Counted from the stretch's first letter, positions 38,947-49,161 are shown. The stretch is 64,000 nt of DNA from an uncultured Actinomycetota bacterium (GCA_963845675.1 CAWJSX010000001.1:1489268-1553267); one strand, 5' to 3'. Notes: generated by a model not told the origin, from the letters alone. A program made the numbers and translations.

Positions 38947-40650
38947 TCACGGGACGCAGGTGATCTTCTCCTCGGGGATGTACCGGGTCTTGAACGTCTC
39001 GGTCTTCGCGACCGTGCCACGTCGGGAGAAGATCCGCTTGACCGTGACGTCGAAGCCCGCCTGGGGCTGCTGGGCGACGCAGTCCGGACCGGAGACGGTG
39101 TCCTCGCCGGGCGTCTTGACGTTGGTGCGAGGGCCCTTGGTCGCCTCGATGTCCCACACCTTCGTGCTCCAGAACCTGGTGTTCACCTTGCCGCCGGAGA
39201 CGTTCATCTCGATCAGCACGCCGTAGCCGGAGTCGTTGGTGAACTTCAGGTCCACGTTCGGGAAGTTCACGGTGGCCTCGCGCCCCTCCGGGTAGCGGGA
39301 GATGTAGAACGAGTGGGGCTTGTGCTCCACGTCCTCGAGCCCGGCGAAGAACATGCCGTTGAAGAGCGTGGTCGCGATCTGGGAGACCCCGCCTCCGGTG
39401 TCCTTGGTGAGCCGGCCGTTCATGATCGCCGGTGCCTCGTTGTACCCCTTCGCGGCCGTGCGCTCGCCGAGCGCCTCGTTGAGGCTGAAGGTCTCTCCCG
39501 GCATCAGCAGGGTGCCGTTGACGGTGCGCGCGGCGATCACCAGGTTCTCCGTCCGCTTGGCGTCGGCCGTGACGTTCGTGGAGAACTCGGAGACCACCTC
39601 CTTGACGCCCAGAGCCTCGGCCTCTGCCGTCGTCAGCTCGGGCTCGGCGACGACGGCCTCGACCGTCGCGGTGCGCTCGGGAGTGCCCACGGCGGTGTGC
39701 AGCGCCTCGGCGAGCGCTGCAGGGTCGACGGTCAGCCCGGTGACCGCGGGCACCACCACGGGCTTGCCCTTCCTCAAGGTGACGGTCGCGTCGGTCGGGA
39801 CGGTCTGGACGGTCGGGTCGGCGGCCAGCAGCGCGGCGAGCGCGAGGTCGGGCACCACCGTCGGCACGAGCTCGCCGTCCTCGGCCGTCACGGCCAAGGC
39901 CGGTGCCAGCTGAACCGGCTCGAGCACGATGGCCTTCGGGCCGACCGCGACCGTCACCGGGCCGGACGTGGCGGGCAGCGCGAACGACTCCATCACGTCG
40001 TCGACCTGGTCCTGCTCGATCTCCGGGGGTGTCACCTCCGCGGGCAGCTCGATCACGGGCGGCCCCGTCAGCCACTCATCGGCCACGGTCTGCGTGGCCC
40101 CGTCCACGTCGAGGGCTATGCCCCGGATGGCGGGGGTCGCGATCGGCGCCCCGTCAGCGAACGTGATGGTGCCGTCGGCGGGCTCGGTGTCGACCTCCGC
40201 CGCGACGGCTCGGACAGCAGACTCCAGCGCCTCGGCGTCGACGGTGCGTGCGGGCGCGATCTCGTCCTCGCCCGCGAACTGGCGCCAGACCACGCGGGGA
40301 TCCCAGCTGAAACCGATCACCTCGTCGACGGTGGCCGGCACGTCGACGGCCAGACCGGCCTCGGCCGGGTCGATCGACGTCTCGAAGCCGTCCACGACGA
40401 CGGCGACCGGGCGGGACGCCGCTTCGGCGAGCCCGTCCTCGAGCAACCGTGCAGCCGCACGCTCGGAGCGCCCACCGATCTCGATGTCGGCGACCGTCAC
40501 CCCGTTCGGGACCCTCGTCGATGACCACCACGCGACCAGCGAGTACGCCGCCCCCAGGGTCAACAGAACCACCACCGGTACCCACACCAGCCGCCTCGTG
40601 CCGGCCAGCAGTCGGTTGCCCTTCGCCACGTACCCTCCACGCCCCGTCAC
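38947..40650 (-). CDS. VanW-family protein with N-terminal TM anchor
   Basis: Intact 567 aa. C-terminal VanW core (NGTLLMPGETFSLNEALGERTAAKGY...GGGVSQIATTLFNGMFFAGLE...YPEGREATV) followed by a G5-like tail. Confidence 0.8.
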   Translation of the reverse strand: MTGRGGYVAKGNRLLAGTRRLVWVPVVVLLTLGAAYSLVAWWSSTRVPNGVTVADIEIGGRSERAAARLLEDGLAEAASRPVAVVVDGFETSIDPAEAGLAVDVPATVDEVIGFSWDPRVVWRQFAGEDEIAPARTVDAEALESAVRAVAAEVDTEPADGTITFADGAPIATPAIRGIALDVDGATQTVADEWLTGPPVIELPAEVTPPEIEQDQVDDVMESFALPATSGPVTVAVGPKAIVLEPVQLAPALAVTAEDGELVPTVVPDLALAALLAADPTVQTVPTDATVTLRKGKPVVVPAVTGLTVDPAALAEALHTAVGTPERTATVEAVVAEPELTTAEAEALGVKEVVSEFSTNVTADAKRTENLVIAARTVNGTLLMPGETFSLNEALGERTAAKGYNEAPAIMNGRLTKDTGGGVSQIATTLFNGMFFAGLEDVEHKPHSFYISRYPEGREATVNFPNVDLKFTNDSGYGVLIEMNVSGGKVNTRFWSTKVWDIEATKGPRTNVKTPGEDTVSGPDCVAQQPQAGFDVTVKRIFSRRGTVAKTETFKTRYIPEEKITCVP

Positions 40651-40697
40651 CGCTCCCCCACCGGACGGCGAGGCGCACGGGGGTCATCCTACGAGGC

Positions 40698-42734
40698 CTA
40701 CGGCGAAGCGGTGCCCTCCACGCCCGGGGCGCGTCCAGGGAGAGGGCGGCGCGGCAGGGGCGACGCACCGGTCCAGTCGTTCCGCTCCGCGGCCGCGAGG
40801 TCGACGGTACGGGGGGCAGCCTGCTCCAGCACGTCCGTGATCTCGTGCCCGATCAGCTCGTGCCGCTCGAGCAGCGCGTCGCGCAGGGCCTCGACGAGGT
40901 GCCTGTTGCGCGCCAGCAGCCCGCTGACGAAGTGCTTGCGGTCACGCAGGAGGTCCTCGACCATCCGGCGGCCCTCCGCGTCGCCGAGCACCCGTCCGAC
41001 CAGGTTCTCGCCGGTCAGCGTCGAGCCCTGGATCGCCGCGAACGAGATCAGCGTGTCGCTCATGCCGGCCGCTCCGACCATCTGCGCCGCGACGCCGGTC
41101 GCGTAGTGCAGGTCGCCGCTCGGCCCGGTGGAGACGTCCCCGAAGAAGAGCTCCTCGGCCACCTGACCGCCGAGGGCGATGCTGATCAGCGAGGTCAGCT
41201 CGGAGCGGGAGCGCGTGTAGACGTCCTCGGCATCGCCGTGGGCCAGGAGACCGAGCGCGCCGCCTCGCTTGATGATGGTGAGGATCTCGAGCCGGCGGTA
41301 CGGCGCCACCAGGTAGGCGACGGTGGCGTGCCCCGCCTCGTGCGTGGCGATCAGCCGCTTCTCGTGCTCGGTGTACCCGACCGGAGCGCCGAGACCGACC
41401 TCGACCACGAGCCGCGCCCGCTCCAGGTCGCGCCAGTTCATGCCCGGAGCCGACCGGCGGACGGCGTTGACCAGCGCCTCGTCCATGAGGTGCTCGACCA
41501 TCACCGGGCTGTAGCCCTGCGTGACACCGGCGAGCGCGTCACGCCGCTCCGGGTCGTCGAGCTCGGCGTCGTGGGACTTGCGCTCCAGGAAGTGGTCGAC
41601 CAGCTCGCGGCGCCCCGCCTTGTCCGGCAGGTCGAACGTCATCCGGCGGTCGAAGCGTCCTGGACGCAGCAGGGCGGGATCGAGGTTGTCCGCGCGGTTC
41701 GTCGCGGCGATCAGCAGCACGTCGATCGGCTCGGTGCGGGGTCGCGGGATCTGCCGGTGCGCGGGCAGGAAGAGGTTCAACCCGTCGGTGACCTTGCCTG
41801 CCATCTTCTGCCAGCCCGTGGGCTCGTCGAAGGACTGCATCTGCACGAGCAGCTCGTTGACGACGCCACCGACGCCCTCGGAGGTCATCGAGGGCGTCAC
41901 CACCGCCCCGGTGCGGAACACCGCCGAGCCGGCTGAGACCCCACCGACCGTCGGCAGGCCCTCGAGGCCGCCGCAGCAGGTCAGTCCGGCCGCCGGAGTG
42001 AGACCGGCGGGGGCAGCCGTGGCACTCATGCCGCCGCGGACGGTCGCGATCGCGTCGATCTCCTCGATGAAGCCGATCGCGCCGCCCTCGGATCGAGCGG
42101 CCTTGCGCAGGGCCTTGAAGTAGGCACGGATCTTGCGCGCGGTCGCGCCGTAGTACATGGACTGGAACGACGTCCCCGAGACGAAGAGGAAGGGCACACC
42201 GGCCTCGGCGGCCATCGCCTTGGCCATGTGCGTCTTGCCCGTTCCGGGTGCCCCCTCGAAGAGCAGGCCGCGGCGCGGGGCGCCACCCATCTCGCGGCGG
42301 AACGTGCGCCCGGCGAGGAAGAGGTCGAGCGAGCGCGCCACGTCCTCCTTGATCGGCGCCAGGCCCTTGACGTCGTCCATCCGGACGTCGATCTGCTCGG
42401 GGCGGTACGTGACGTGCGGCGACCGTCCCGCCGCGACGGTCGTGCCCAGCATGACGACGATGAGGACGAGGAAGAACAGGCCAACCATCAGGTAGAGCGG
42501 GTCCACCTGCGGGACGCCGGGCAGGCCCACCGGGTCCCCCGTCAGGATGCGCGCCCACAGGAGGACCGCCACCGGCATGAGCAGCAGGGCCAGCCGCAGC
42601 AGCCTCCGCTGGCGCACCCGCTCGCGGGTGCGTCCCACGTCGGCGCTGTCGCGCAGCGTCCTCGTCGGCGATCCGGTCGTGCGGACGGAACCAGGCGCCA
42701 CGATGGGCTCCCCTCCTCGAGGTGTCACGCGCAT
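40698..42734 (-). CDS. FtsH-like membrane AAA+ zinc metalloprotease paralog with two insertions in the AAA+ module
   Basis: Walker A GAPGTGKTH, Walker B IGFIEEIDAI, second region of homology ATNRADNLDPALLRPGRFDR, and Zn site HEAGHATVAY. There are two N-terminal TM segments. Extra segments at residues ~236-290 and ~304-336 are absent from canonical FtsH as I know it. Confidence 0.8.
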   Translation of the reverse strand: MRVTPRGGEPIVAPGSVRTTGSPTRTLRDSADVGRTRERVRQRRLLRLALLLMPVAVLLWARILTGDPVGLPGVPQVDPLYLMVGLFFLVLIVVMLGTTVAAGRSPHVTYRPEQIDVRMDDVKGLAPIKEDVARSLDLFLAGRTFRREMGGAPRRGLLFEGAPGTGKTHMAKAMAAEAGVPFLFVSGTSFQSMYYGATARKIRAYFKALRKAARSEGGAIGFIEEIDAIATVRGGMSATAAPAGLTPAAGLTCCGGLEGLPTVGGVSAGSAVFRTGAVVTPSMTSEGVGGVVNELLVQMQSFDEPTGWQKMAGKVTDGLNLFLPAHRQIPRPRTEPIDVLLIAATNRADNLDPALLRPGRFDRRMTFDLPDKAGRRELVDHFLERKSHDAELDDPERRDALAGVTQGYSPVMVEHLMDEALVNAVRRSAPGMNWRDLERARLVVEVGLGAPVGYTEHEKRLIATHEAGHATVAYLVAPYRRLEILTIIKRGGALGLLAHGDAEDVYTRSRSELTSLISIALGGQVAEELFFGDVSTGPSGDLHYATGVAAQMVGAAGMSDTLISFAAIQGSTLTGENLVGRVLGDAEGRRMVEDLLRDRKHFVSGLLARNRHLVEALRDALLERHELIGHEITDVLEQAAPRTVDLAAAERNDWTGASPLPRRPLPGRAPGVEGTASP

Positions 42735-42889
42735 CTCACACCCCAGGAGTGCCCGCCGCGAGCCTCCGCCAACCGCGCGTGGGGCAGCGTCACCCGCCCC
42801 GCCGAAGCCCTCACCCGATCAGTCGATCGGCCCCACCCCCGGTCGGCCCAGACAAGTCCGACATCCGCGGGGGACGCGCACGCAGCGTC

Positions 42890-43390
42890 TCAGTCGCGCA
42901 GGACCCGGTATCGGCCCTGGTGGTAGATCAGCGGCGCGTCCGGGACCTCCGCGAGCTCGATGCCGACGACCTCCCCCAGCACCAGCCGGTGGTCGCCGGC
43001 GGGGTGGACCGCGGTGGTCCGGCACTCGAGGGTCGCGAGGGCACCGTCGACGAGTGCCACCCCCGTCTCGGGACCGCGGTGGTGGGGGACGCGGTCCAGC
43101 TGGCCGATCAGGGGCCGTCCGGACGAGGCCAGCCAGTCAGCCGTGTCCCGTGCGCTACCGGGCAGCACGCTGACTCCCCAGACGCCGGAGCCGAGCACGG
43201 CCTCGAGGAACCGCGTGTCCTCGGCGACGGAGACGACGACGAGGAGCGGCTCCAACGAGACGGACGAGAACGCGTTGGCGGTCATGGCGTGGTCACGGCC
43301 GCCGAGCAGGCTCGTCACGGCGCACACGCCGGTCGCGAACCGGCCGACCGCGCGCCGGAACGCCACCTCGGAGTCGAGCTGCTCCGTCAC
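42890..43390 (-). CDS. Flavin reductase-like (FMN-binding split-barrel) protein
   Basis: FRRAVGRFATGVCAVTS...MTANAFSSVSLEPLLVVVSV...GDHRLVLGEV. Confidence 0.8.
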   Translation of the reverse strand: MTEQLDSEVAFRRAVGRFATGVCAVTSLLGGRDHAMTANAFSSVSLEPLLVVVSVAEDTRFLEAVLGSGVWGVSVLPGSARDTADWLASSGRPLIGQLDRVPHHRGPETGVALVDGALATLECRTTAVHPAGDHRLVLGEVVGIELAEVPDAPLIYHQGRYRVLRD

Positions 43391-44799
43391 GGCGTGCCAC
43401 GGGGACGACGGGTCGTCCGACGCTCCCGGCCAACCAGACGCGGCACGGCGACGCCGCCGACGACCAGCGCCAGCGACGCGGCCAGCGTGTACCCGATGCC
43501 GTACGCGTCGGAGGTGATCAGCTGGTCCTCGCCGGGGCCGGAGAGCCCTCCGACGCCGACGGTGACCGCCCAGCCGAGCAGCAGGGCCATCAGAGGCAGG
43601 CGGCTGCGGCGGGCTGCGAGGCCGACGCTGAGCGAGACGGCGCCGAGCAGCGCGACCGTCACGACCAACCCGACCGGCAGGCGGCCGGAGGGGACGACGA
43701 GTGGCACGTGGTGCCAGACGAGCCCGCTCACGCCGGCCACGACGCCCGCCAGCAGCGCGGCCAGCGCACCGACCACGGTCAGTCCGGCGGAGCGGCCGCG
43801 TCCTCGGACCGGCACGTCGTCGGCGACCGGGGCCTCGCGCTGAGGGCCCGCCGCGCCGGCGAACAGGTCGTCCTCACGCACGACGCCATCGTCGGGGGCC
43901 GGCCGACCCCACCCGAGATGGAAGTACTCGGTACCCGACAACGGTTGCCACACACCGTTGCTCAGCGCGAAGGCGGTCTCGTCGTCCGACACGGTCACCT
44001 GGGTGGCGTGCGACCGGAGCGCGGCGACCTTCGAGCCGCGGTACACCTCGGCGTCGATGCGGCACGTGACCTGCTCGTCCGGCACCAGCATCGACACGAC
44101 CGCTGCCTGCGGGTCACGGACGGTGAAGCCCCGCTGGGCGAGGGAGCCGACGGCGCGGGTGTGGACCGTTCGCGGTGCGACCACCCAGTACACCTTGGCC
44201 ACGTGCCATGCCAGGTGCCCGTGACGGCCCGGCAGCTCCAGCCCCTTGTCGGCCGCGAGCTCGACGGCGCGCATGGTGACCTCGTGCGCCCGCACGTGGT
44301 CGGGGTGGCCGTAGCCTCCGCCCGGCTCGTACGTCACCACCACCTGCGGTCGCACCTGGCGCAGCACACGCGCCAGGTGGGTCGCCGCCTCGTCCACGGG
44401 TACGGCTGCGAAGGCGTTGGGCGCCATGTCCGGAGGCGCGACGGCGAGGCCGTCCGTCCCCCAGACCATCCCGGAGTCGACGTAGCGCACGGGGCGCCCG
44501 TCCGCCCCGGTGGCGCCGTCCCCGAGGAAGCGGTGGTCGCGCACCCCGAGAGACGCCATCGCCGCCCGCAGCTCGCCCTCGCGGTGACCGGCGAGCGCGG
44601 GCCCGTCCCCGTCGAGGTGCGCCAGGTCGTCCCCGATCACCTCCCCCAGCTCACCGCGGGTGCAGGTCACGAGGGTGACCGTGGCCCCCTCGGCGGCGTA
44701 GCGCGCCATCGTCGCGCCGGTGGTGATCGTCTCGTCGTCGGGGTGGGCGTGCACCAGCAGCAGGCGACGGTCGGCGGGGTGGGTGCTGGGGTCTGTCAC
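43387..44799 (-). CDS. mshB: GlcNAc-Ins deacetylase MshB (PIG-L/LmbE family) fused to a C-terminal multi-TM domain
   Basis: LLLVHAHPDDETITTGATMARY...VTLVTCTRGELGEV...GGYGHPDHVRAHE covers residues 1-~300. Residues ~320-470 form about four hydrophobic helices (LTVVGALAALLAGVVAGV, VGLVVTVALLGAVSL, LMALLLGWAVTVGVGG, YTLAASLALVVGGVAV). Confidence 0.8.
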   Translation of the reverse strand: MTDPSTHPADRRLLLVHAHPDDETITTGATMARYAAEGATVTLVTCTRGELGEVIGDDLAHLDGDGPALAGHREGELRAAMASLGVRDHRFLGDGATGADGRPVRYVDSGMVWGTDGLAVAPPDMAPNAFAAVPVDEAATHLARVLRQVRPQVVVTYEPGGGYGHPDHVRAHEVTMRAVELAADKGLELPGRHGHLAWHVAKVYWVVAPRTVHTRAVGSLAQRGFTVRDPQAAVVSMLVPDEQVTCRIDAEVYRGSKVAALRSHATQVTVSDDETAFALSNGVWQPLSGTEYFHLGWGRPAPDDGVVREDDLFAGAAGPQREAPVADDVPVRGRGRSAGLTVVGALAALLAGVVAGVSGLVWHHVPLVVPSGRLPVGLVVTVALLGAVSLSVGLAARRSRLPLMALLLGWAVTVGVGGLSGPGEDQLITSDAYGIGYTLAASLALVVGGVAVPRLVGRERRTTRRPRGTP

Positions 44800-44821
44800 G
44801 CGGCGTCCTCGGGTCGCGGCC

Positions 44822-46690
44822 TCAGCCGCGACGCGCCCGGGAGGCGGTCTTCGCGCGGTCGTTCTGGTCGAGGACGACCTTGCGGATGCGCACCGCGGCC
44901 GCAGACACCTCGACGCACTCGTCCTCCCGGCAGAACTCCAGTGACTGCTCCAGCGACAGCACCCGGGCGGGCACCAGCCGCTCGAGCTCGTCCGCGTTGG
45001 AGCGGACGTTCGTCATCTTCTTCTCCTTGGTGATGTTGACGTCCATGTCGTCGGCGCGCGAGTTCTCGCCGACGATCATGCCCTCGTACACCTCGGTCGT
45101 CGGCGCCACGAAGAGCGTCCCGCGCTCCTGCAGGTTCGCGATGGCGTAGCCCGTCGCGACCCCGGTCCGGTCGGCGACGAGCGACCCCGACGGACGGGTC
45201 CGCAGGCCACCGAACCAGGGCTCGTAGTCCTCGAAGACGTGGTGGGCGATGCCCGTGCCCCGCGTCTCGGTCAGGAACTCGGTGCGGAACCCGATCAGGC
45301 CGCGCGAGGGGACGAGGAACTCCATCCGCACCCACCCCGTGCCGTGGTTGGTCATCTGCTCCATGCGGCCCTTGCGGACGGCGAGCAGCTGCGTGATCGC
45401 GCCGAGGTACTCCTCGGGCGAGTCGATGGTGAGGCGCTCGACCGGCTCGTGGACCTTGCCGTCGATCTCGCGCGTGACCACCTGGGGCTTGCCGACGGTG
45501 AGCTCGAAGCCCTCGCGGCGCATCTGCTCGACGAGGATGGCCAGGGCGAGCTCGCCTCGACCCTGCACCTCCCAGGTGTCGGGGCGCTCGGTCGGCAGCA
45601 CGCGCAGCGACACGTTGCCGACGAGCTCTCGATCCAGCCGGTCCTTGACCAGACGAGCGGTCACCTTGGCGCCCTTGACCTTGCCGGCCAATGGCGACGT
45701 GTTGGTGCCGATCGTCATCGAGATGGCGGGCTCGTCGACCGTGATCAGAGGTAGCGGCCTGGGGTCCTCGGCGTCCGCCAGGGTCTCGCCGATGGTGATC
45801 TCGGCGATGCCGGCGATCGCGACGATGTCGCCCGGGCCAGCCTCCTCGGCCTGGACCCGCTCGAGCGCCTCGGTCTTCAGCAGCTCGGTGATCTTCACCC
45901 GGCTCTGCGTGCCGTCCGCCTTGCACCACATCACGTTCTGGCCCTTGCGCAGCGTGCCCTGGTGCACGCGGCACAGCGCCAGGCGCCCGAGGAACGGGGA
46001 GGCGTCGAGGTTCGTGACGTGGGCCTGGAGCGGGTGCTCGTCGTCGTAGACCGGCGCAGGCACCGCGTCCATGATCGTCCTGAACAGCGGCTCGAGGTCT
46101 GGGCTGTCCGGGAGCCCGCCGTTCTCGGGACGCTCGAGGGAGGCCCTGCCGGCGCGGGCGCTGGCGTAGACGATCGGGAACTCGATCTGGTCCTCGGTCG
46201 CGTCCAGGTCCATGAAGAGCTCGTAGGTCTCGTCGACGACCTCGGCGATGCGGGCGTCCGGGCGGTCGACCTTGTTGACCACCAGCACCACGGGCAGGCG
46301 GGCCGTGAGCGCCTTGCGCAGCACGAAGCGCGTCTGCGGCAGCGGACCCTCGCTGGCGTCGATCAGCAGGCACACGGCGTCGACCATCGAGAGGCCGCGC
46401 TCGACCTCACCACCGAAGTCGGCGTGCCCGGGGGTGTCGATGATGTTGATCGTCACGCCGCCCTCCGGAGCGGACGGCCCGGTGTAGTGCACCCCCGTGT
46501 TCTTCGCGAGGATCGTGATGCCCTTCTCGCGCTCGAGGTCACCGGAGTCCATCGCCCTCTCGTCGACGTGCTGGTGCGCGCCGAAGGCACCCGACTGCCA
46601 CAGCATGGCGTCGACGAGCGTGGTCTTGCCGTGGTCCACGTGGGCCACGATGGCGACGTTGCGGATGTCGTCGCGAGTGCGGGTGGGCAT
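44822..46690 (-). CDS. typA: Translational GTPase TypA/BipA
   Basis: [33 protein letters not shown] and NKVDR motifs; intact 622 aa. Confidence 0.95.
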   Translation of the reverse strand: MPTRTRDDIRNVAIVAHVDHGKTTLVDAMLWQSGAFGAHQHVDERAMDSGDLEREKGITILAKNTGVHYTGPSAPEGGVTINIIDTPGHADFGGEVERGLSMVDAVCLLIDASEGPLPQTRFVLRKALTARLPVVLVVNKVDRPDARIAEVVDETYELFMDLDATEDQIEFPIVYASARAGRASLERPENGGLPDSPDLEPLFRTIMDAVPAPVYDDEHPLQAHVTNLDASPFLGRLALCRVHQGTLRKGQNVMWCKADGTQSRVKITELLKTEALERVQAEEAGPGDIVAIAGIAEITIGETLADAEDPRPLPLITVDEPAISMTIGTNTSPLAGKVKGAKVTARLVKDRLDRELVGNVSLRVLPTERPDTWEVQGRGELALAILVEQMRREGFELTVGKPQVVTREIDGKVHEPVERLTIDSPEEYLGAITQLLAVRKGRMEQMTNHGTGWVRMEFLVPSRGLIGFRTEFLTETRGTGIAHHVFEDYEPWFGGLRTRPSGSLVADRTGVATGYAIANLQERGTLFVAPTTEVYEGMIVGENSRADDMDVNITKEKKMTNVRSNADELERLVPARVLSLEQSLEFCREDECVEVSAAAVRIRKVVLDQNDRAKTASRARRG

Positions 46691-46781
46691 GAAGGAGCGC
46701 TCGTTCCGGTCGACGGTGTGTCACCCCATGGTAGGTGCGACGACACGGGCGTCCGACCAGCGTGGCGTGAGGTGCCTCTCC

Positions 46782-47261
46782 CTAGCCCGTGACGAGGGAC
46801 GCCGCGAGCGCCTGGACGACGGCCACGTCCCCGTCCAGCCAGTCGACCTCGAGCCATCGCCCCACCGGCAGCCACCGGAGCTCGTCGTGGTCCTCCAGCG
46901 GCTCGGGGACCCCCGTCAGCACCCGCGCCCACCAGACCGCGAGCACGGCGTGCTGACCGAGGGGCCACCACCCCGGCACAGCGGCGCCCGGAGGCCCGGT
47001 GAGGCGTCCCCCCAGCTCGACCGTGACGCCGAGCTCCTCGGCGAGCTCGCGGTGCAGGGCCTGTTCGTGGGTCTCCCCCGGCTCCACCTTGCCCCCGGGC
47101 AGCTCCCACCGGCCGGCGAGCCGTGGCGGCGCGCTGCGGCGTGCCGCCAGCAGCACCGACGGTGCCGACAGGTCGTCGACGACCGCGGCTCCCACGACCC
47201 GTACCGGCTCCACGCCGTCACTGTGCCACGCGGGGGTGCGCGTTGACCGACCTCGGCGCAT
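46782..47261 (-). CDS. NUDIX hydrolase (MutT-like)
   Basis: Nudix box GRWELPGGKVEPGETHEQALHRELAEELGV. Start is ATG 47261 or GTG 47213. Confidence 0.8.
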   Translation of the reverse strand: MRRGRSTRTPAWHSDGVEPVRVVGAAVVDDLSAPSVLLAARRSAPPRLAGRWELPGGKVEPGETHEQALHRELAEELGVTVELGGRLTGPPGAAVPGWWPLGQHAVLAVWWARVLTGVPEPLEDHDELRWLPVGRWLEVDWLDGDVAVVQALAASLVTG

Positions 47262-47277
47262 CGGCAAGGGTCGGGGG

Positions 47278-47928
47278 ATGAGCCGACGCCTCGACCTGGA
47301 CGAGATCACCCGACAGCTGGAGGACCTGCCGGGCTGGCGGCTGCTCCGGAGCACGCTGTCCGCCCGCTTCGACGCCCCCGACTTCGTGTCAGCGGTGGCG
47401 CTGGTGGACGAGGTCGCGCGCGCCGCGGAGGCCATGAACCACCACCCGGACATCGACATCCGTTGGAAGCGAATCCGTTTCGACCTGTCGACGCACTCGG
47501 AGGGAGGAGTGACGCAGCTCGATGTCGAGCTGGCCCACCGCATCTCCGAGCACGCCCGCTACGCGGGGGCCGAGGCGATGACGGACGTCCCCACGCGCAT
47601 CCAGATCGGCGTGGACGCGGCCGACCGCGAGAGGGTGCTGCCCTTCTGGGAGGCCGGGCTCGGACTCGTCCGGGGCATGTCGGGGGACGACCCCGAGCTG
47701 ACGGACCCCCAGGGCCGCGTCCCGACCGTGTGGTTCCAGGCGATGGACCCGCCGCGGTACGAGCGCAGCCGCACCCACGTCGACGTGTACGTCCCGCGGG
47801 ACGAGGCTCCCGCTCGCGTGCAGTCGGTGGTCGACGCCGGCGGCCGACTGGTGGACGCCTCGCACGCCCCGGCCTGGTGGGTCCTCGCGGACGCCGAGGG
47901 CAACGAGCTGTGCGTCTGCGCGGAGTAG
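47278..47928 (+). CDS. Pterin-4a-carbinolamine dehydratase (PCD/DCoH) fused to a glyoxalase/VOC-like domain
   Basis: The N-terminal half (LPGWRL...FVSAVALVDEVARAAEAMNHHPDIDIRWKRIRFDLSTH) is PCD-like. The C-terminal ~110 aa (IQIGVDAADRERVLPFWEAGLG...THVDVYV...WWVLADAEGNELCV) is VOC-like. Confidence 0.7.
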   Translation: MSRRLDLDEITRQLEDLPGWRLLRSTLSARFDAPDFVSAVALVDEVARAAEAMNHHPDIDIRWKRIRFDLSTHSEGGVTQLDVELAHRISEHARYAGAEAMTDVPTRIQIGVDAADRERVLPFWEAGLGLVRGMSGDDPELTDPQGRVPTVWFQAMDPPRYERSRTHVDVYVPRDEAPARVQSVVDAGGRLVDASHAPAWWVLADAEGNELCVCAE

Positions 47929-47950
47929 CCGGGGGTCAACCCCCAGGACC

Positions 47951-48023
47951 ACCCACGCCGACTGGTCGCAGGTGGTGCGACACGCGCGGCGTGTCGCACC
48001 ACCTGCGACCAGTCGGCGTGGGT
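47951..48023. terminator. Perfect 35-bp-stem, 3-nt-loop hairpin between convergent genes
   Basis: Left arm 47951-47985 (ACCCACGCCGACTGGTCGCAGGTGGTGCGACACGC), loop GCG, right arm 47989-48023, which is its exact reverse complement. Verified base by base. Confidence 0.7.
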
Positions 48024-48054
48024 GCCGGCGGCCAGTCCGTGGGAGGTGAGTCCC

Positions 48055-49161
48055 TCAGGTCACGACGATCTTGGCGTTGATCTCCGCGAAGTGGCAGGCG
48101 GCGGCGTGCCCCTCGGCGGCGCCCTCGTGCCGGACCAGCGGCGGCTCCTCGGTCGCGCAGATGTCCTGGGCCTTCCAGCACCGCGTGCGGAACCGGCAGC
48201 CCGAGGGCGGGTTCAGCGGGCTCGGCACGTCGCCGGTGAGGATGACGCGCTCGCGCTTGCGCTCGACGTCCGGGTTCGCGGTCGGGGCCGCCGACATCAG
48301 CGCCTGCGTGTAGGGGTGCATCGGACGCTCGTACAGCTCATCCTTGTGCGCGACCTCGACGACCTTGCCCAGGTACATCACGACCACGCGGTCGCTGATG
48401 TGGCGAACCACCGACAGGTCGTGCGCGATGAACAGGTAGGCCAGCCCGAGGCGCTCCTGCAGGTCCTCGAAGAGGTTGACGACGCCTGCCTGGACCGACA
48501 CGTCCAGGGCCGAGACCGGCTCGTCGAGCACGAGCATCTTGGGCTCGAGCGCCAGCGCACGGGCGATGCCGACGCGCTGGCGCTGGCCTCCGGAGAACTC
48601 GTGCGGGTACCGGTTGCCGTGCTCGGGGTTGAGCCCGACGAGCTTGAGCAGCTCCGCGACCCGCGCCTTGCCGGTCTTGTCGTTCTTCCAGAAGCCGTGG
48701 ACCTTCAGCGGCTCGCCGACGATGTCGTTGACCGGCATCTTCGGGTTCAGCGAGGCGTACGGGTCCTGGAACACGATCTGCAGGTCACGACGCACGGCCC
48801 GCATGTCCGACGCCGACAGCTCGGTGAGCTCCTTCCCGTCGAACAGGACGGAGCCGGAGGTCGGTGTGTGCAGCTGGAGGATCGCGCGACCGGTCGTCGA
48901 CTTGCCGCAGCCCGACTCCCCCACGACGCCGAGGGTCTCGCCCGCGTCGATGTGGAAGGACACGCCCGAGACCGCCTGCACCTGGCCGACGACGCTGCGC
49001 AGCAGCCCACCGCCCTTGACGGGGAAGTTCATCACCAGCTCGTTCACCTCGAGCAGGTGCTGACCCCGGTCCGTGCGCTCGGAGGCGGACTGCGGCGACG
49101 TCTGGCTCGAAGGGGCTCCCGCCCCGGACTCGTGAGCAGGGGTGTGGGACACCTGGGTCAC
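48055..49161 (-). CDS. Peptide ABC transporter ATP-binding protein (DppF/OppF-type)
   Basis: Walker [10 protein letters not shown], signature FSGGQRQR, Walker B LVLDEP, and an oligopeptide C-terminal extension with [13 protein letters not shown] 49161 overlaps the upstream stop (GTGA). Confidence 0.9.
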   Translation of the reverse strand: MTQVSHTPAHESGAGAPSSQTSPQSASERTDRGQHLLEVNELVMNFPVKGGGLLRSVVGQVQAVSGVSFHIDAGETLGVVGESGCGKSTTGRAILQLHTPTSGSVLFDGKELTELSASDMRAVRRDLQIVFQDPYASLNPKMPVNDIVGEPLKVHGFWKNDKTGKARVAELLKLVGLNPEHGNRYPHEFSGGQRQRVGIARALALEPKMLVLDEPVSALDVSVQAGVVNLFEDLQERLGLAYLFIAHDLSVVRHISDRVVVMYLGKVVEVAHKDELYERPMHPYTQALMSAAPTANPDVERKRERVILTGDVPSPLNPPSGCRFRTRCWKAQDICATEEPPLVRHEGAAEGHAAACHFAEINAKIVVT

